The notes: generated from the letters alone by a model not told the origin. 64,000 nucleotides of DNA from Crocinitomicaceae bacterium (GCA_024639505.1 JAHEIE010000001.1:4572-68571); one strand, 5' to 3'; shown: positions 35,851 to 45,759, counted from the first letter of the stretch. A program made the numbers and translations.

Positions 35851-37575
35851 TTAATAAGGCGAAAAAGTCTTAGCCTGATTGTCCGTTCTCACTCCGTTTT
35901 TATACACCATTTTTTTGGTTACTTTCCCATTCTGGTCGTAAATATTCATGTTTCCGTGCTTTACGTTTTTCTTGTAATTCACCTCATTCATAATCCTTCC
36001 ACTTCGGTCGTAGGATTTAAACGTTCCGTGAAGCAATCCATTCTTATACTTCATTTGGGTAGACACCAACTCACCACCAGGAAAATAAAAAGTCCAAGTC
36101 CCGTGCTTCTTGCCGTTTTTATAATTTTCTGAACTCACCAAAGACCCATCAATCTCGCCCATCATGGTCCATTTTCCGTGCTTCACACTTTTCTCGATGG
36201 TCTCTTCAATTTTAAGTTTTTTTCTTTTCACCTCAATCACTTTATAGTTTCCTTCTTCTTTTTTGATTCCATTTGAATGCCAATACGTCCAGCTTCCTGT
36301 TTTAAAGTTATTTGTCCAGCTTCCTTCGTATCTCATTATTTCATTAGGATACCAGCCTTTCCATTCTCCCTCAAACAATCCGTTTTTGTAGGATCCAGCG
36401 TCTTTTTTCTTCCCATTTTCATACCACGACTCCCAAAATCCATTTTCTTTGCCGTTTGTAAAATTTCCACGATGAAGCATGTTCGAATTTTCGAACCACA
36501 CAGTCCATTCTCCGTTTTTTACATCATTTTTATATGTTCCTTCTCTTTGTTTTTTTCCATCCTTGTAGAAAAACTCCCATTTCCCAGTTTTTTTTCCTTC
36601 CAAGAATTCTCCTTTTGTCTTTGTAATGCCAGAAGGGAAATAATAAGTCCAATCCCCAGATTGTTTGTCCGCAACAAATTTTCCCACCATGTCTTTTCCT
36701 CCATTTGCATCAAACCATTTCCAGTCTCCTTCTTTTTTATTATTCAAAAACGTACCTTGAATATTGATCTTTCCGTTCTCAAAAAATTTAGTGTAATCAC
36801 CCGTAAGACTATCAGCTTCAAATGTTTTTTTAGTTTTAATTTGGTCTGCTAGCAAGAAAAATGTTGTCCATTCTCCTTGCTTTTTGCCGTTTTCATAATT
36901 ACCCATCGTTAGAGGTTTTCCGCTGGCTTTAAGTAATTTCATTTCGCCATGTAGCAGGCTATCTTTATACTTATAAGATTCTTTGATGTTGCCGTTTTCA
37001 TAATAAGAAAGTTTGTTTCCTTGTCCGTTTGTAATCGTTTGATTTTTATTTTTATCCCAGTAAGAACCTACATGCTCTGTTCCTAAAGAATCGTATTTGG
37101 ATATTTTTCTGAGTGAAGAATCAACATACCAAAACTCCCAAACACCTACTTTGGTTCCTTTATTGTACTGTCCGTTTTCTGCAATTCTTCCATTTTCAAA
37201 ATAGGATGTGTAGGCGCTATCTTTTTCACCTAGGTAGAAAAAACTTTGAATCATTTTTTTGCCTGAAGGATAAAACTGCATCGATTCGTTTACATAAACT
37301 CCTTGATTGAAATATGAAATTTCTTGAATCTTTCCGTTTTCATGGTAAAACTTCCATTCGCCCTCTTTGGAACCAAAATAACTCAAATATGGATTGTTGT
37401 TTATGTACCCTATACTTCTCAAAGTGGTTTTTCCCTCGTCCCAATATGTTTTTTCTAATTCATAAGGAACTACTTTTTGCGAAAAACTTGTCGAAGCAAC
37501 AAGCAATAATAGTACAAATCCAATTATTCTCATGGGGTTGGTTTTTTGGTTTAGGTATGAATACAAACTTACCAA
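35851..37575 (-). CDS. Secreted MORN-variant (YwqK-like) repeat protein
   Basis: About 20 repeats of the G.W..(Y/W)Y.NG..K..G.Y..G type. The likely true start is the Met at 37533 (MRIIGFVLLLLVASTSFSQ signal peptide). Confidence 0.75.
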   Translation of the reverse strand: MVSLYSYLNQKTNPMRIIGFVLLLLVASTSFSQKVVPYELEKTYWDEGKTTLRSIGYINNNPYLSYFGSKEGEWKFYHENGKIQEISYFNQGVYVNESMQFYPSGKKMIQSFFYLGEKDSAYTSYFENGRIAENGQYNKGTKVGVWEFWYVDSSLRKISKYDSLGTEHVGSYWDKNKNQTITNGQGNKLSYYENGNIKESYKYKDSLLHGEMKLLKASGKPLTMGNYENGKKQGEWTTFFLLADQIKTKKTFEADSLTGDYTKFFENGKINIQGTFLNNKKEGDWKWFDANGGKDMVGKFVADKQSGDWTYYFPSGITKTKGEFLEGKKTGKWEFFYKDGKKQREGTYKNDVKNGEWTVWFENSNMLHRGNFTNGKENGFWESWYENGKKKDAGSYKNGLFEGEWKGWYPNEIMRYEGSWTNNFKTGSWTYWHSNGIKKEEGNYKVIEVKRKKLKIEETIEKSVKHGKWTMMGEIDGSLVSSENYKNGKKHGTWTFYFPGGELVSTQMKYKNGLLHGTFKSYDRSGRIMNEVNYKKNVKHGNMNIYDQNGKVTKKMVYKNGVRTDNQAKTFSPY

Positions 37576-37739
37576 AAGATACGAAAGACCCGGTCATATT
37601 ATTTCATGGGTTATTGAAAGTTGTTTGTTTATAAAGAGTAAGATTTCCAAAATATTCGGCAAAATTCAGTTTCGGATAATTGTTTGCGATTTAAATTAAG
37701 TGGACGGAAAAACAACAATTTATGAGTTAAAGCGTAAGT

Positions 37740-40700
37740 TTGACAGTGCAATTTATGAGACAATATATCTTTTTAGTAATCATTGTGTTTGCTTCTTTTT
37801 TGGCAAATGGCCAAAAAATTGTCAAAACTATTGTGATAGATACATCTTTTATAGAATTGGACTCGCTATCCATTGTTCCCGAGTCGTTTTCTTTATTCTC
37901 TGGCGAAACTTTAGTTCCCGACAGTTTGTATGAGTTAGATTATGTAGCCTCTACTCTCGTTTGGAAGGGGAAAATCCCCGACACAATAAGAGTAGAGTAT
38001 GTTTTGTTCTCGATTGATTTTTCGAAACGATACTCCAACAAGGATACCTCTCTCATTCAGCCTCTTTTCACCTATTCTAATCCTTTTAGAAGTGCCAATG
38101 GAAACAACTCCGAGCTAGACTTGTTTGGAGGCGACAACCTAAACAAATCGGGGAGTGTTTCGAGAGGAATTTCATTGGGAAATGCTCAGGATTTGGGTGT
38201 AAATTCCAATTTTAATCTACAACTTTCCGGAAAAATTGGCGAAAATATTTCGGTTTTGGCTTCCGTTACAGACGAAAACATTCCTATACAGCCCGATGGA
38301 AATACACAGCAAATTCAAGACTTTGATAACGTGTTTATCCAATTATCCGAAAAAAACTGGAAGGTCATTGCGGGTGATTTTTCTATCGAAAACTTCGACT
38401 CGCACTACATGCGCTACCGAAAAAAATCGATGGGATTGTTTTATTCCAATACTTTTGAAACAAAAGACAGCAACTCAATTTTCTTGAAAACCAGCGCAGC
38501 AGTATCTCGAGGAAAATACCGAATCCAGTTTTTTCAAGGAGTGGAAGGAAACCAAGGACCTTACAAATTGACCGGTGCAGAAAACGAATTGTTTGTCCTT
38601 ATTTTGTCAGGAACAGAACAAGTATTTGTAGATGGGATTTTGCTAAAAAGAGGTGCAGAAAACGACTATATAATCGATTACAACTCTGCCGAAATCATTT
38701 TTACGCCAAAATTTTTAATCACAAAAAACAAACGAATAGAAGTCCAGTTTCAATATTCTGACCGAAACTATTTGCGTTCTGTCCTGAGTGCCGAAAAAGG
38801 TTTTGAAACAAAAAATTCGGAAACCATTTTGCGTGTGTACAGCGAGCAAGATCACAAAAACCAACCGCTTTTTCAGGATTTAGAAGATTCCGAAAAGCAA
38901 CTGATGTCCGCTATTGGAAATGATGTTTCGAGCGCATTTATCGAAAGAGAAACAAGAGTGGGAGAGGATGAAAATGTGGTTTCGTACGTCAAAAAAGATT
39001 CTTTGGGTTACTCCATTTACAAGTTTTCGGCCGCCCAAGATTCGAATCTATATCGAGTTCAGTTTTCTGATGTAGGAAACGGAAACGGGAATTATATTCA
39101 AGAAGGATTTTCTCCTTTTGGGCAAGTTTACAAATGGATAAAACCCGATACCATTGGCGGAACTATTGTTCAAAACGGAAATTATGTGCCGGCTGTTTTA
39201 CTTATCACACCAAAAAGAAAACAGCTTATTACTTTAGAAAATAATTTTAGAGCCAATAAAAATTTAAGGATTAAAACCGATTTAGCTCTTTCCAATGAAG
39301 ATGTCAATACATTTTCGGGGATTGGGAACAATCAAAACCTAGGAATGGGTTCTAAAATGGAGGTGTTTTATTCAAAAAAATTATCGAAAAAAAAGAAATC
39401 AGCACTATTAAAAACCGGTGGATCTGTTGATTTTACAAGTATCAACTTTAGCCCAATCGAAAAGTTTAGGGCCATAGAATTTAATAGAAACTGGAACTTG
39501 GGATTCGCAGAAATAACGACTCCGTTACTCTTGGGAAATTTTAATCTTGGGATGCAAAAAGACAGTGTTGGCAAGTTTGTCTACAACCTTGATGTTCTGG
39601 ATTTGGGTGAGCAATTTAGAGGGATAAAAAATAACTTAACCGGAAGCGGAACTTGGAACAATACGGCTGTTGACTATTCTGGAAGTTTTTTGATTTCTCA
39701 GGCAGAATCCAACACTCAATTTTACCGACATAAATCTATTGTGGAACAAAAATTAGGAAGGTTCGTTTTGGGTTACAAAGACGAAGTGGAAAGCAATTTA
39801 TTTGTAAGAAACGATTCGACACTGAATACAAGTTACTCGTTTTATGACGGAAGAGTCTACTTGAAAAACGAACAAAATCCATCTAAGTTTTACTCAATTT
39901 ATTATGGTTGCCGAAACGAAAAAACTTCACGGGATAATGAATTATCGCAGTCTGCCTATTCGCATGAAGCAGGTTTGGATTACAAATTATTGAGCAAAAA
40001 CAAACGAACACAGATACGAGGAAATGTAGCTTACAGACAATTAATTCCTGTTGATTCGGGATTAGGGCTAACACCAGAAAATACCTTCCTGAACCAAACC
40101 AACTTCTCTACTTCTTTTTGGAAAGAGCTTGTGAGCCTAAATACATTTTACAGTATTGGCTCTGGGTTGGAGCAAAAGAGAGAGTTTTTGTATGTAGAAG
40201 TAAACCCTGGGCAGGGAGTTTTTACCTGGATAGATTACAACGAAAATGGTACGAAAGAAATAAACGAATTTGAAATAGCAGCGTTTCAAGATCAAGCGAA
40301 TTACATTCGAGTATTTACTCAGAGTAACGAATATATTCGAACATTTTCTAATCAGTTTACACAATCCGTTACGTTATCTCCTCGTGTCTTACTTCAGAAA
40401 AAAACTCAAAAAATCTTCCAGTTTATCTCTAAACTTTCTTCGGTATCTGCTGCCCGAATTGACAGAAAAACAACCTTCGAAAGTGCCGAGTCTAGCCTAA
40501 ATCCATTTGCCACAAACCTCAATGATTCTAATTTGGTTTCATTGAACAAGCAGTTGCGTTCTTCCCTTTTCTTCAATAGAACGGGCTACAAATACGGGGT
40601 TGAAGCTTTGTTTCAGAACACTAGCAATAAAGTGCTGTTATCTAATGGGTTTGATTCAAGAGAAACCGTTATCTATGGCGTAAATTTACGATATAGATTT

Positions 40701-41180
40701 GATAAAATTTTGTTTAAAATAGAAAACGAAATAACCACCAAGTCTCTAGAATCCGACTTTTTATCGAGCAGAAATTTTTCATTAAATACAAAAAAAACAG
40801 CACCTACTCTGACGTATCAAAAAGGAGCGAATTTTAATGTTGATTTTTTGTTTTCTTACGAAGAGAAAAACAATTCTGTGGAAGGCGAATTTGCCTCGCT
40901 GTCTTCGTTGGGTACAAGAGTAAAATATACCGAAACCAACAAGTTGAATCTTTCGGCCGGATTTAATTTTATAGCCATCAGTTTTTTGGGAACTCCCAAT
41001 TCATCATTGGAATATGAAATGCTAGAAGGACTAAAAAATGGAAATAATATGACTTGGGAACTTTTGATAAATAAAAAAATAGGGAAAAATCTAGACCTGA
41101 GTATTTCCTATAATGGACGAAAGCCAGAAAATTTCAAAACCATACATGCAGGAACTGTTGAAGTAAGAGCATTCTTTTAA
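37740..41180 (+). CDS. Large predicted outer-membrane beta-barrel protein of unknown function
   Basis: 1146 aa. Signal peptide (best from the Met at 37755), long runs of alternating beta-strand pattern, and the C-terminal OMP signature ...VEVRAFF. Confidence 0.6.
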   Translation: MTVQFMRQYIFLVIIVFASFLANGQKIVKTIVIDTSFIELDSLSIVPESFSLFSGETLVPDSLYELDYVASTLVWKGKIPDTIRVEYVLFSIDFSKRYSNKDTSLIQPLFTYSNPFRSANGNNSELDLFGGDNLNKSGSVSRGISLGNAQDLGVNSNFNLQLSGKIGENISVLASVTDENIPIQPDGNTQQIQDFDNVFIQLSEKNWKVIAGDFSIENFDSHYMRYRKKSMGLFYSNTFETKDSNSIFLKTSAAVSRGKYRIQFFQGVEGNQGPYKLTGAENELFVLILSGTEQVFVDGILLKRGAENDYIIDYNSAEIIFTPKFLITKNKRIEVQFQYSDRNYLRSVLSAEKGFETKNSETILRVYSEQDHKNQPLFQDLEDSEKQLMSAIGNDVSSAFIERETRVGEDENVVSYVKKDSLGYSIYKFSAAQDSNLYRVQFSDVGNGNGNYIQEGFSPFGQVYKWIKPDTIGGTIVQNGNYVPAVLLITPKRKQLITLENNFRANKNLRIKTDLALSNEDVNTFSGIGNNQNLGMGSKMEVFYSKKLSKKKKSALLKTGGSVDFTSINFSPIEKFRAIEFNRNWNLGFAEITTPLLLGNFNLGMQKDSVGKFVYNLDVLDLGEQFRGIKNNLTGSGTWNNTAVDYSGSFLISQAESNTQFYRHKSIVEQKLGRFVLGYKDEVESNLFVRNDSTLNTSYSFYDGRVYLKNEQNPSKFYSIYYGCRNEKTSRDNELSQSAYSHEAGLDYKLLSKNKRTQIRGNVAYRQLIPVDSGLGLTPENTFLNQTNFSTSFWKELVSLNTFYSIGSGLEQKREFLYVEVNPGQGVFTWIDYNENGTKEINEFEIAAFQDQANYIRVFTQSNEYIRTFSNQFTQSVTLSPRVLLQKKTQKIFQFISKLSSVSAARIDRKTTFESAESSLNPFATNLNDSNLVSLNKQLRSSLFFNRTGYKYGVEALFQNTSNKVLLSNGFDSRETVIYGVNLRYRFDKILFKIENEITTKSLESDFLSSRNFSLNTKKTAPTLTYQKGANFNVDFLFSYEEKNNSVEGEFASLSSLGTRVKYTETNKLNLSAGFNFIAISFLGTPNSSLEYEMLEGLKNGNNMTWELLINKKIGKNLDLSISYNGRKPENFKTIHAGTVEVRAFF

Positions 41181-41314
41181 TTCAGCTCGAAAAAACCTGA
41201 CGGTCAATATGAATTGTGTGTTGTAAGAAACTAATAACCTAGAAAATTTCTTGATTATTTACTTCCTTGTAATTATTTCCTTATCCTTGTAGACGAATAA
41301 AAAAGAATCCTGTT

Positions 41315-42301
41315 ATGTCCCAAAAAAATGTAAGGCTTGAAGTAATGAAGCACCTTGAAAAAGATGTGGATAAACTTATTCAAAAGTATCTTATTCCAAT
41401 CGACACTATTTGGCAGCCACAAGATTTTTTGCCGGATGCAAGAGAAGATAATTTTACCGAAAAAATAGAAGAGTTACAAGAATTGGCTAAAGAAATGCCT
41501 TATGATTTTTGGGTAGTATTGGTGGGAGATATGATTACCGAAGAAGCTTTGCCAACCTACGAATCGTGGCTAATGGATGTGGAAGGCGTAGACCAAGTAG
41601 AAGGAAACGGATGGGCAACTTGGGTGGCTCAGTGGACTGCCGAAGAAAACAGACACGGAGATTTACTGAATAAATATTTGTATTTATCTGGGAAGGTAAA
41701 CATGAAAGAAATTGAAATCACCACGCAACATTTGATTGCAGATGGATTTGATATTGGAACAGACAGAGATCCTTATAAAAACTTTGTTTACACCAGTTTT
41801 CAGGAGCTTGCAACCTATGTTTCGCACAATAGAGTGTCGGAAATTGCCAAAGCGAACGGCAATAAAAAACTTGCCAAAATGTGTAAAATGGTAGCTGGAG
41901 ATGAAATGCGTCATCACACTGCGTATGCCGAATTTGTAGAGCGAATTTTTGCCGTTGACCCTAGCCAAATGATGTTGGCTTTTACGGATATGATGAAGAA
42001 AAAAATTACCATGCCCGCTCATTTCTTGAGAGAAAGCGGAATGAAAATGGGTGCAGCATTTGAAGAGTTTTCTAACACCGCACAAAAAATTGGTGTTTAC
42101 ACCTCTTTGGATTATGTAGATATTTTGGATAAACTCATCAAGCGATGGGAAATTGACAAAGTCACAAACCTATCTGATGAAGCAGAAAAAGCAAGAGATT
42201 ACCTCATGAAGCTACCAAGCAGAATGCTGAGAATTGCCGAGCGAATGAAGTTACCAGAAAGTGATTATAAATTTAAGTGGGTGGAGCCTTCTAAACTATG
42301 A
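41315..42301 (+). CDS. Soluble acyl-ACP desaturase (diiron, plant/actinobacterial type)
   Basis: TAEENRHGDLLNKY and AGDEMRHHTAY diiron E..H motifs. 328 aa. Confidence 0.85.
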   Translation: MSQKNVRLEVMKHLEKDVDKLIQKYLIPIDTIWQPQDFLPDAREDNFTEKIEELQELAKEMPYDFWVVLVGDMITEEALPTYESWLMDVEGVDQVEGNGWATWVAQWTAEENRHGDLLNKYLYLSGKVNMKEIEITTQHLIADGFDIGTDRDPYKNFVYTSFQELATYVSHNRVSEIAKANGNKKLAKMCKMVAGDEMRHHTAYAEFVERIFAVDPSQMMLAFTDMMKKKITMPAHFLRESGMKMGAAFEEFSNTAQKIGVYTSLDYVDILDKLIKRWEIDKVTNLSDEAEKARDYLMKLPSRMLRIAERMKLPESDYKFKWVEPSKL

Positions 42302-42354
42302 TAGTAGATTTCTGGATTTAATCGTTGTACTTTCGTGCCACAAGACCCTAATAA

Positions 42355-42993
42355 GTGAAAAAATTTAATAAAATAGCTCCCTATTTTCCCATTGTAGGAA
42401 TGATAACTTATCTTATCATGTTCTTCACGGCCGCTAGTTTCTATCCCGGTGGATCAGATAACATTCCTACTGCTCAAAATGGATATAGTGTTTTTCACAA
42501 TTTCTTGTGCGATACAAACAATCAATTCACTCACTCTGGGTTAGAAAACAGAGGGAAACTCTTGGCAAATTTGGCTCACATTGTTCTGAGTATCACAATG
42601 ATGTCGTTTTTTTATGTGATGCCCAATATTTTTGACCACTCAAACAGAAACACCAAATTAATTAAAATTTTAGGAGTACTTTCTATGGCTATTTTCACTT
42701 TTATGTACCAAGAAGAATTGCACGATTTAGTTGTAACTTTAGTAGGTATTTTCGCCTCTATGGCTTTTGTTCCCATTTTTATCGAATTAGTGAAATACAA
42801 AAACCGCCCTTTCAAAGTGCTGACTTACATTGTGTTTACCATGAGCATAGCTCTTTATCTCGGGTTCGAAACCAAAGTAGGAATTTATTACATGCCTTTT
42901 CTACAAAAGTTCGTGTTTATGGTAGATGCCGCTCTAGTTATTTGGACAGGGATTATTGTCTTGAGGAAGAACAGGGTTGTTCAAACTGCTTAA
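42355..42993 (+). CDS. Hypothetical polytopic membrane protein
   Basis: 212 aa with about 6 hydrophobic helices and a GTG start. Family unknown. Confidence 0.5.
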   Translation: MKKFNKIAPYFPIVGMITYLIMFFTAASFYPGGSDNIPTAQNGYSVFHNFLCDTNNQFTHSGLENRGKLLANLAHIVLSITMMSFFYVMPNIFDHSNRNTKLIKILGVLSMAIFTFMYQEELHDLVVTLVGIFASMAFVPIFIELVKYKNRPFKVLTYIVFTMSIALYLGFETKVGIYYMPFLQKFVFMVDAALVIWTGIIVLRKNRVVQTA

Positions 42994-43027
42994 TTAAGCT
43001 TTTTTCATCCTACTTTTCTTATTCATC

Positions 43028-43170
43028 AGTCATGCTGAACTTGATTCAGTATCTCTTTTCATTGAAATATTACCTTAGAACTTTAAGAAAAGAATATTTA
43101 ATTCGAACATAATTTGAAGGTATAAAGTGAAATATTCTTTGCTAGATACTGAATCAAGTTCAGCATGACT
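43028..43170. mobile_element. MITE-like non-autonomous element, 143 bp, with perfect 27-bp terminal inverted repeats
   Basis: 43028-43054, agtcatgctgaacttgattcagtatct, is the exact reverse complement of 43144-43170. There is no ORF inside. The ends belong to the GTCAT hairpin family A. Confidence 0.7.
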
Positions 43171-43386
43171 AGCGTTAATTACACCCCGAAAATTAACTAA
43201 ACTAATTTGTCAAATCGACCTATCCCTCTTTTTTTCCCGGGAGTATTTTAATCGCTACTTAGAATGAGGCCGAACCTAAACAACATGATTTTTCTTTCTT
43301 AATATAATCCCGAAATAATGTGTCCGAAAGGCCTAATTACCTAATTTAGGAAATCACTTTCTTCACGGGATTAAAAAGTATCGAGA

Positions 43387-45021
43387 TCACCCCAGATTAA
43401 TGTCCGCAATTTTCTCAATTTTATTTCTCTCCAAGAAAGCGTCAATCGTTTCAAAATGTTCTATTACTCTTTGGTTCTTAAACTCAAATACTTTTTCTGA
43501 CAACCCTTGTAGAAAATCCCTGTCATGAGAAACCAAAATAAGAGTTCCATCAAAATCCATCAAGGCTTCTTTTAGCACGTCTTTCGACTTTAAATCTAGG
43601 TGATTTGTGGGCTCATCCAGGATGAGTAAATTTACGGGTTCGAGCAAGAGTTTTACCATTGCCAACCTGGTTTTTTCTCCTCCAGATAGTACACTTACTT
43701 TCTTATCAATATCGTCTCCCGAGAACATAAATCGTCCCAGCATATTTTTTATTTGAGTCCGAATATCACCTACCGCTACTTCGTCAATCGTTTGAAAAAC
43801 TGTGAGGCTTTCATCCAATAAACTGGCTTGATTTTGAGCAAAATACCCTACTTGCACATTGTGTCCCAATTTACATTCTCCATCCACTTCTATTTCTCCC
43901 AAAATGGCTTTAATCATCGTTGATTTTCCTTCTCCGTTTCGCCCAACAAATGATACTTTTTCGCCACGAGAAATCACCATATTAGCATCATTAAATACTA
44001 CGTGATCGTCATATTTTTTTGAAACCTCTTTCACCGAAACAGGATAATCTCCCGATCTTGGAGCAGGTGGAAATCTCAATTTAAGAGCTGAAGTATCAAT
44101 TTCATCAATCTCAATTATTTCTAGCTTTTCCAGCATTCTTTCTCTAGCTGTTACTTGATTCGTTTTAGAATACGTTCCTTTGAAACGGTCGATAAAGGTT
44201 TGGTTATCCGCAATGAATTTTTGTTGCTCTTTGTAAGCTTTTATTTGGTGCGATCTTCGCTCTTCTCGCAATTGCAAGTAATTCGAATAATTGGCTTTGT
44301 AATCGTAAATTTTTCCCATCGTTACCTCAATAGTTCGGTTGGTAATGTTGTCGATAAAAGCTCTATCGTGCGAAATTACCATCACTGCATCTGCTTTATT
44401 TACCAAAAAATCTTCTAGCCAAATAACTGATTCAATATCAATGTGGTTGGTAGGCTCATCCAATAAAATTAAGTCGGGTTTTTGAAGTAAAATCTTCGCC
44501 AGCTCAATTCTCATTCGCCATCCTCCACTAAATTCGCTCGTTGGTCGGTGAAAATCTTCGGGTTTAAACCCCAAACCTTTCAATGCTTTTTCTACCTCAG
44601 CGTCATAATTTACATCTTCCAAAGCGTAGTACTTTTCACCCAATTCGGATACTTTTTCGATGATTGACATATATTCTTCACTTTCGTAATCCGTTCGGGT
44701 AGTGAGTTCATTGTTCAGCCTGTCCATTTCGGTTTTGATATCAAGCACTTGCTTGAATGCTTTGGCGGTTTCTTCAAACACCGTGCAATCGTCTTCCGTT
44801 AGCAAATGTTGAGGTAAATATGCGATTACCGTTTCTTTATTGGTGCTTACATTTCCGCTTGTTGGCTTTGTTTCGCCCGCTATAATTTTCATCATAGTGC
44901 TTTTTCCTGCGCCATTTTTTCCCATTAGGGCAATTTTGTCGGTGGGGTTTATTACAAACGAAACTCCGCTAAACAAAATGCTTCCACTAAATTCTACGGC
45001 TAAATTATTGACTGAAATCAT
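43387..45021 (-). CDS. ABC-F family ATPase (two ABC domains, no TM domain)
   Basis: Walker A motifs GKNGAGKST and GRNGEGKST. Signature motifs FSGGWRMR and LSGGEKTR. 544 aa. Confidence 0.9.
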   Translation of the reverse strand: MISVNNLAVEFSGSILFSGVSFVINPTDKIALMGKNGAGKSTMMKIIAGETKPTSGNVSTNKETVIAYLPQHLLTEDDCTVFEETAKAFKQVLDIKTEMDRLNNELTTRTDYESEEYMSIIEKVSELGEKYYALEDVNYDAEVEKALKGLGFKPEDFHRPTSEFSGGWRMRIELAKILLQKPDLILLDEPTNHIDIESVIWLEDFLVNKADAVMVISHDRAFIDNITNRTIEVTMGKIYDYKANYSNYLQLREERRSHQIKAYKEQQKFIADNQTFIDRFKGTYSKTNQVTARERMLEKLEIIEIDEIDTSALKLRFPPAPRSGDYPVSVKEVSKKYDDHVVFNDANMVISRGEKVSFVGRNGEGKSTMIKAILGEIEVDGECKLGHNVQVGYFAQNQASLLDESLTVFQTIDEVAVGDIRTQIKNMLGRFMFSGDDIDKKVSVLSGGEKTRLAMVKLLLEPVNLLILDEPTNHLDLKSKDVLKEALMDFDGTLILVSHDRDFLQGLSEKVFEFKNQRVIEHFETIDAFLERNKIEKIADINLG

Positions 45022-45133
45022 TATTCTATTTTTGAGAATGTGAAATTAATGCTTTCAGTTGTTATTCATCATAAAAAACGAATGGATTTCAGGTTCGTTA
45101 TGATTTAGGACTAACTAACATTATATTCATTCC

Positions 45134-45304
45134 ATGAAAAAAATGAAACGCATTCACCTTTTCTCAATCATCATTGGAACCATTGTGGTTTCCTATGGAA
45201 TTATCATGTCCATCATCAAAGATTCATTTCACGATTATTTCCAGCTTGTATTCATTGGAGCTATTCTCACTAGTTTGGGATTATTGAATAAAAATAAAGG
45301 GTAA
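45134..45304 (+). CDS. Possible small two-helix membrane protein (56 aa, below the ORF-track cut-off)
   Basis: ATG at 45134, stop at 45302-45304. MKKMKRIHLFSIIIGTIVVSYGIIM...LVFIGAILTSLGLL shows two hydrophobic segments. Confidence 0.3.
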   Translation: MKKMKRIHLFSIIIGTIVVSYGIIMSIIKDSFHDYFQLVFIGAILTSLGLLNKNKG

Positions 45305-45343
45305 ATTCTGCTCGTTTAAATGGTTTTTTGAACGGATTCCGTG

Positions 45344-45706
45344 CTACAAAAACTCCTCTAAATCCCTTCTGTCCTTTTTTGTGGGTCTTCCAGCTCCTTT
45401 GTCACGGTAGGTTTTTTGAGCAAGTTGCTGAAGCTTCAGTTTTTCTAACTCCTCTATTTTTGTAATCTCCAAAATATAATCGGGCACCAACTTAGCCCCC
45501 ACTCTTTTGGATAAGATTTCTAATACTTTGTATTCAAATTTTACTCCGGATTTTCGAATCAAAATAACGTCTCCAGCTTTCACTTCTTTCGAAGGTTTGG
45601 CTTCGGCTTCATTTATCAAAATTCGGTTTTTCTTGCAAGCTTCTGTTGCTTTGCTTCGGGTTTTGTACAACCGCACCGACCATAAAAAAGAATCTATTCT
45701 TGGCAT
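45344..45706 (-). CDS. hslR: S4-domain RNA-binding protein (Hsp15/HslR-like)
   Basis: RIDSFLWSVRLYKTRSKATEACKKNRILIN....KPSKEVKAGDVI is an S4 alpha-L motif, followed by a basic tail. Confidence 0.75.
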   Translation of the reverse strand: MPRIDSFLWSVRLYKTRSKATEACKKNRILINEAEAKPSKEVKAGDVILIRKSGVKFEYKVLEILSKRVGAKLVPDYILEITKIEELEKLKLQQLAQKTYRDKGAGRPTKKDRRDLEEFL

Positions 45707-45759
45707 GGAGTAAAGATAAAGTTTTTTCCAGAAGGTATTTGGATAGGGTTTAGTAAATT

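Noticed and set aside
12132-43170. The recurring hairpin modules read as a CRISPR array or as tRNA-like genes.
   Set aside because: Copies are dispersed over 30 kb in both orientations, without regular repeat-spacer periodicity, and no cas genes are present. None folds into a cloverleaf with acceptor and anticodon arms. They are better described as REP/BIME/MITE-like intergenic repeats.
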